Positions 60,885 through 64,000 of a stretch of 64,000 bases of DNA are shown piece by piece. The translations under genes were made by a program, and so were the position numbers. The notes below the pieces were generated by a model that saw nothing but the letters and a program-made list of their open reading frames with translations, was not told where the DNA came from and ran no database searches. Numbering within the stretch: the first letter of the stretch is position 1; every line of letters begins with the position of its first letter. The DNA comes from an uncultured Actinomycetes bacterium (lineage in GTDB: Bacteria; Actinomycetota; Thermoleophilia; Gaiellales; Gaiellaceae): contig CAVZCH010000005.1 of NCBI GenBank assembly GCA_963773825.1, forward strand, positions 12,372-76,371, in the 5' to 3' direction.

Positions 60885-61829
60885 CTAGCGGACGGTCAAG
60901 GCGAGCACGGCCTTGTAGACGTGGAGGCGGTTCTCGGCCTGGTCCCAGACGAGCGAGCGGTCGCCGTAGAGGACGTCGGCCGTGATCTCCTCGCCGACGT
61001 GCGCGGGGAGGCAGTGGAGGGCGACAGCATCCGGCGCGGCGGCGGCGAGCTTGTCGGCGTCGAGGCGGTACGGGGCCAGATCCAGCAGCCGCCGCTCGTG
61101 CTCGTCGTCCTGCCCCATGCTCGTCCAGACGTCGGTGTAGAGCACACGCGCGTCGGCGACCGCGTCGCCCGGGTCGACGACCACCTCGATGCTCCCGCCG
61201 CTCGCCGCCGCGTCCTCGCGGCAGGAGGCGACGACCTCCGGGTCCGGCACGTATCCCTCAGGCGACGCCGCGACGACGTGCATGCCGGTTCGCGCCGCGA
61301 TCCGCATCAGTGAGTGGCAGACGTTGTTCCCGTCGCCGAGATAGGCGACGCGAACGCCGGCGAGCGTGCCGAACCGCTCGCGGATCGTCATCGCGTCCGC
61401 CAGTGCCTGGAGGGGATGAGAGGCGTCGGTGAGGCCGTTGACGATCGGGATCGTGGCGTGCTGGGCGAACTCGTCGACCTCCGACTGGTCGAAGGTGCGG
61501 ATCGTGATCGCGCTGAGGAACCGGGAGAGGACGAGCGCCGTGTCGCGCGTCGACTCCCCGCGCGAGAGCTGGAGGTCGGCGGCCGGGACGTAGAGCGCCA
61601 TCCCGCCGAGCTCGGCGATCCCCACCTCCGAGCTGATCCGCGTGCGCGTCGACGGCTTGCGGAAGATGAGGCCGACGGTCCGGCCGGGGAGGATCCGCAG
61701 CTCCCGCCGGCGTGCACGCTCGATCTTGAGCTCGTCGGCGAGGTCGAGCGCGGTTCGGAGCTCCTCGGGGCTCCAGTCCGCGACGCGCGTGAAGCTTCGG
61801 CCCTTGAGCGTCTCGGGGATGCCCGCCAT
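60885..61829 (-). CDS. argF: Ornithine carbamoyltransferase
   Basis: KPSTRTR, HPLQALAD, GDGNNV, YTDVWTSMG, HCLP, QAENR; TACCAT-N6-ATG. Confidence 0.95.
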   Translation of the reverse strand: MAGIPETLKGRSFTRVADWSPEELRTALDLADELKIERARRRELRILPGRTVGLIFRKPSTRTRISSEVGIAELGGMALYVPAADLQLSRGESTRDTALVLSRFLSAITIRTFDQSEVDEFAQHATIPIVNGLTDASHPLQALADAMTIRERFGTLAGVRVAYLGDGNNVCHSLMRIAARTGMHVVAASPEGYVPDPEVVASCREDAAASGGSIEVVVDPGDAVADARVLYTDVWTSMGQDDEHERRLLDLAPYRLDADKLAAAAPDAVALHCLPAHVGEEITADVLYGDRSLVWDQAENRLHVYKAVLALTVR

Positions 61830-61853
61830 CGAGCGATGGTACTTACCAAGAAC

Positions 61854-61882
61854 TTGACATTGATAGACGCATATTATATTCT
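61854..61882 (+). promoter_or_regulatory. Housekeeping-sigma promoter of hsp20
   Basis: TTGACA-N17-TATTCT in an AT-rich patch. Confidence 0.75.
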
Positions 61883-61919
61883 TAGTGGTGTAGGAACTTC
61901 TCACAGGAGGCAGCACACC

Positions 61920-62384
61920 ATGTCGACACTCGTACGTTGGGAACCGTTCCGCGACATCACGCAGATGCAGAGCGAGATGAGCCGCCTCGTCAACGGTCTC
62001 TTCGAGGGCGGTGGCCGCACGCCGCAGGCGTGGGTGCCCGCGCTCGACGTCTGGGAGACCGAGAGCGACGTCGTCTACGCGTTCGACCTCCCGGGCATCG
62101 CCGAGGACGAGATCTCGATCGAAGTCGCCGACGACACGCTGACCGTCACGGGGGAGCGCAGCCGCGTCAGGGAAGACGCCGGTGATCGCTACTTCCGCTA
62201 CGAGCGGCGGTACGGAAGCTTCTCGCGCGCGGTCGGCCTGCCGGCCGGTGTCGACGAGGCGAAGATCGTCGCCGGCTACAAGGACGGCGTGCTCGAGGTC
62301 AGGGTCCCGAAGCCCGAAGAGGCAAAGCCGCGTCGCATCCAGCTCGGAGCGATGCCCTCGGACGTCGAGGCGAGCGCGAACTAG
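61920..62384 (+). CDS. Hsp20/alpha-crystallin small heat-shock protein
   Basis: RWEPFRD, WVPALDVWE, DLPG, ERRYGSFSR, YKDGVLEV; AGGAGG SD. Confidence 0.95.
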   Translation: MSTLVRWEPFRDITQMQSEMSRLVNGLFEGGGRTPQAWVPALDVWETESDVVYAFDLPGIAEDEISIEVADDTLTVTGERSRVREDAGDRYFRYERRYGSFSRAVGLPAGVDEAKIVAGYKDGVLEVRVPKPEEAKPRRIQLGAMPSDVEASAN

Positions 62385-62405
62385 CGCGGAGCTCGATCCG
62401 ATTCG

Positions 62406-62431
62406 GGAGGGCGGCCGGGAGGCCGCCCTCC
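62406..62431 (+). terminator. GC-rich hairpin after hsp20
   Basis: GGAGGGCGGCC-GGGA-GGCCGCCCTCC, perfect 11-bp stem, no U tract. Confidence 0.65.
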
Positions 62432-62447
62432 GCGTTAGAGTCACGCC

Positions 62448-62975
62448 ATGTCCCGGTTCACGGAAGCGCTCAACGAGCAGATCGCCTACGAGTTCGGTGC
62501 GTCGCAGCAGTACGTGGCGATTGCGGTCCACTACGACGCACAGACCCTCCCCCAGCTCGCGTCGCACTTCTACCGCCAGGCGGTCGAGGAGCGGAACCAC
62601 GCGATGATGATGGTGCAGTACCTTCTCGACGCCGACGAGCAGGTCGTCGTCCCGGCGGTCGAGGCGCCGCAGGTGTCGTTCCCGGATGTCGTCGCACCGG
62701 TGCAGCTCGCGCTCGACCAGGAGAGGCGCGTCACCGGCCAGATCCAGCAGCTCGCGCTCACCGCACGCGAGGAAGGCGACCTGGTCGCCGAGCAGTTCAT
62801 GCACTGGTTCCTCCAGGAGCAGCGTGAGGAGGTCTCGTCGATGTCCGCCCTCCTCGACGTCGTGACGCGCTCGAAGGACAACGTCATGCATGTCGAGGAC
62901 TTCCTCGCCCGCGAGACCGGCGGCGCGAACCCGCTCGAGGCAGGCGCCCCGCCCGCCGCCGGCGGCGCCCTCTGA
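62448..62975 (+). CDS. Ferritin (non-heme, BfrB/FtnA-like)
   Basis: LNEQIAYE, QAVEERNHA, ALDQER, FMHWFLQEQREE. Confidence 0.92.
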   Translation: MSRFTEALNEQIAYEFGASQQYVAIAVHYDAQTLPQLASHFYRQAVEERNHAMMMVQYLLDADEQVVVPAVEAPQVSFPDVVAPVQLALDQERRVTGQIQQLALTAREEGDLVAEQFMHWFLQEQREEVSSMSALLDVVTRSKDNVMHVEDFLARETGGANPLEAGAPPAAGGAL

Positions 62976-62979
62976 CTCC

Positions 62980-63378
62980 GTGACGACGCTGACCGTCAGG
63001 ACCGAGCGGCAGAGCCAGCTCGTCGACATCACGCGCCTCGTGCGGGAGGCCGTCGCCGACGCGAGCGGCGCGGCCGTGCTCGTCTACGTCCCCCACACCA
63101 CCGCCGGCGTGACCATCAACGAGCACGCCGACCCCATGGTGGCACGAGACTTCGAGATGGCGCTCGAGCGGATCGTCCCGGAGGGCTGGCGCTGGCAACA
63201 CGTCGAGGAGGGCGAGGAGAACGCGCCGACACACATCCGCGGCTCACTCATGGGCCCGAGCGTGCTGGTGCCTCTGCGCGAGGACGGGACGATGGCGCTC
63301 GGCACGTGGCAGGGGATCTTCTTCTGCGAGTTCGACGGCCCCCGCGAACGGTCGGTGCACGTCTCGGTGCTGGCGTGA
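62980..63378 (+). CDS. yjbQ: YjbQ/UPF0047 family protein
   Basis: PHTTAGVTINE, NAPTH, LGTWQGIFFCEFDGPR. Confidence 0.9.
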   Translation: MTTLTVRTERQSQLVDITRLVREAVADASGAAVLVYVPHTTAGVTINEHADPMVARDFEMALERIVPEGWRWQHVEEGEENAPTHIRGSLMGPSVLVPLREDGTMALGTWQGIFFCEFDGPRERSVHVSVLA

Positions 63379-64000
63379 TCAGGTGGCCACGTCGCGCCGC
63401 GCGAAGAGGACGACGCCGATGAGCGCCGCAACCCCGCCGACGGCGACGAGGAACAGCGTGTGCCACGGCGCGAGGCCGCCGTGGAGCGGGTCACCGGCGA
63501 CGTAGTGGTAGAACGGCGAGATCTTCTGGAACGGCTCGAGCGCTGAGACGAGCGCGGCGAGCGAGTTGACCAGGTAGGCGCCGACGGCAAGCGCGACCGT
63601 GAGGCCCACGGCGAGACCCTTCCTCCCGGTTCCCGCGGCGATCATGAACGCGATCGACCCGTAGGCGACGGCGAGCACGACGAGCACGGCCACGGCGGCA
63701 CCGAGATGGGCGGCCGAGATCTCCATCCCGAAGATCCGAGCGCCGAGCCACAGCGCGAGCCAGAGCACGACTCCCAGGCAGACGACCTCGGCGCACATCG
63801 CGCCCAGCTTCTCGGCGGCGATCCGTGTCCTCGAGAGCGGGAAGGAGAGCAGCAGGTCGAGCGTCCCGCGCTCCTCCTCGCCGGCGATCGCGCCTGCACC
63901 GTTGCCGACGGAGGCGACGAGGAACAGCGCGGGGATCATGAACGAGAAGAGCTCGCTTCCGAGGTAGCCGGCAGCCGATGTGTAGTCGAGCTGGCCGCCG
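63379..64000 (-). CDS. ABC-2 type transporter permease (partial, runs off right edge)
   Basis: GYLGSELFS, AIAGEEERGTLDLLLSFPLSR, SPFYHY. Confidence 0.88.
   Translation of the reverse strand, partial: GGQLDYTSAAGYLGSELFSFMIPALFLVASVGNGAGAIAGEEERGTLDLLLSFPLSRTRIAAEKLGAMCAEVVCLGVVLWLALWLGARIFGMEISAAHLGAAVAVLVVLAVAYGSIAFMIAAGTGRKGLAVGLTVALAVGAYLVNSLAALVSALEPFQKISPFYHYVAGDPLHGGLAPWHTLFLVAVGGVAALIGVVLFARRDVAT

Overview
High-GC (roughly 70%) actinobacterial DNA; gene content and leaderless promoters suggest Thermoleophilia/Gaiellales (inference). About 17 genes, including housekeeping pgi, mmsA and cydDC, carry single-base frameshifts that look like uncorrected long-read indels. The window has three tRNA genes (Thr-GGT, Tyr-GTA, Ala-TGC), a glucose uptake/oxidative pentose-phosphate operon, cydDC, argF, hsp20, ferritin and many accessory genes. 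Main observations: (1) A 7.3-kb sulfur/metal-detox island is bounded by a perfect 48-bp tRNA-Thr 3' repeat and has paired TGTGTCCG arm-like sites, but no integrase. (2) The same junction pattern (GTTGY-N8-RCAAC, N14-15, TRCAGG, N9-11, tRNA 3' end) recurs at three tRNA-3' junctions, including a tRNA-Val-like scar. This suggests stacked, integrase-free tRNA-anchored cassettes mobilised in trans. (3) A secreted TlpA-like thioredoxin is probably a selenoprotein (W-UGA-S-T-C plus a SECIS-like hairpin); the ORF track truncates it. (4) Other oddities are a catalytically dead trypsin-like protein, a stand-alone MurD-like ligase with an altered substrate motif, a chimeric BTAD-cyclase-ATPase-TPR regulator and a 29-aa membrane microprotein.
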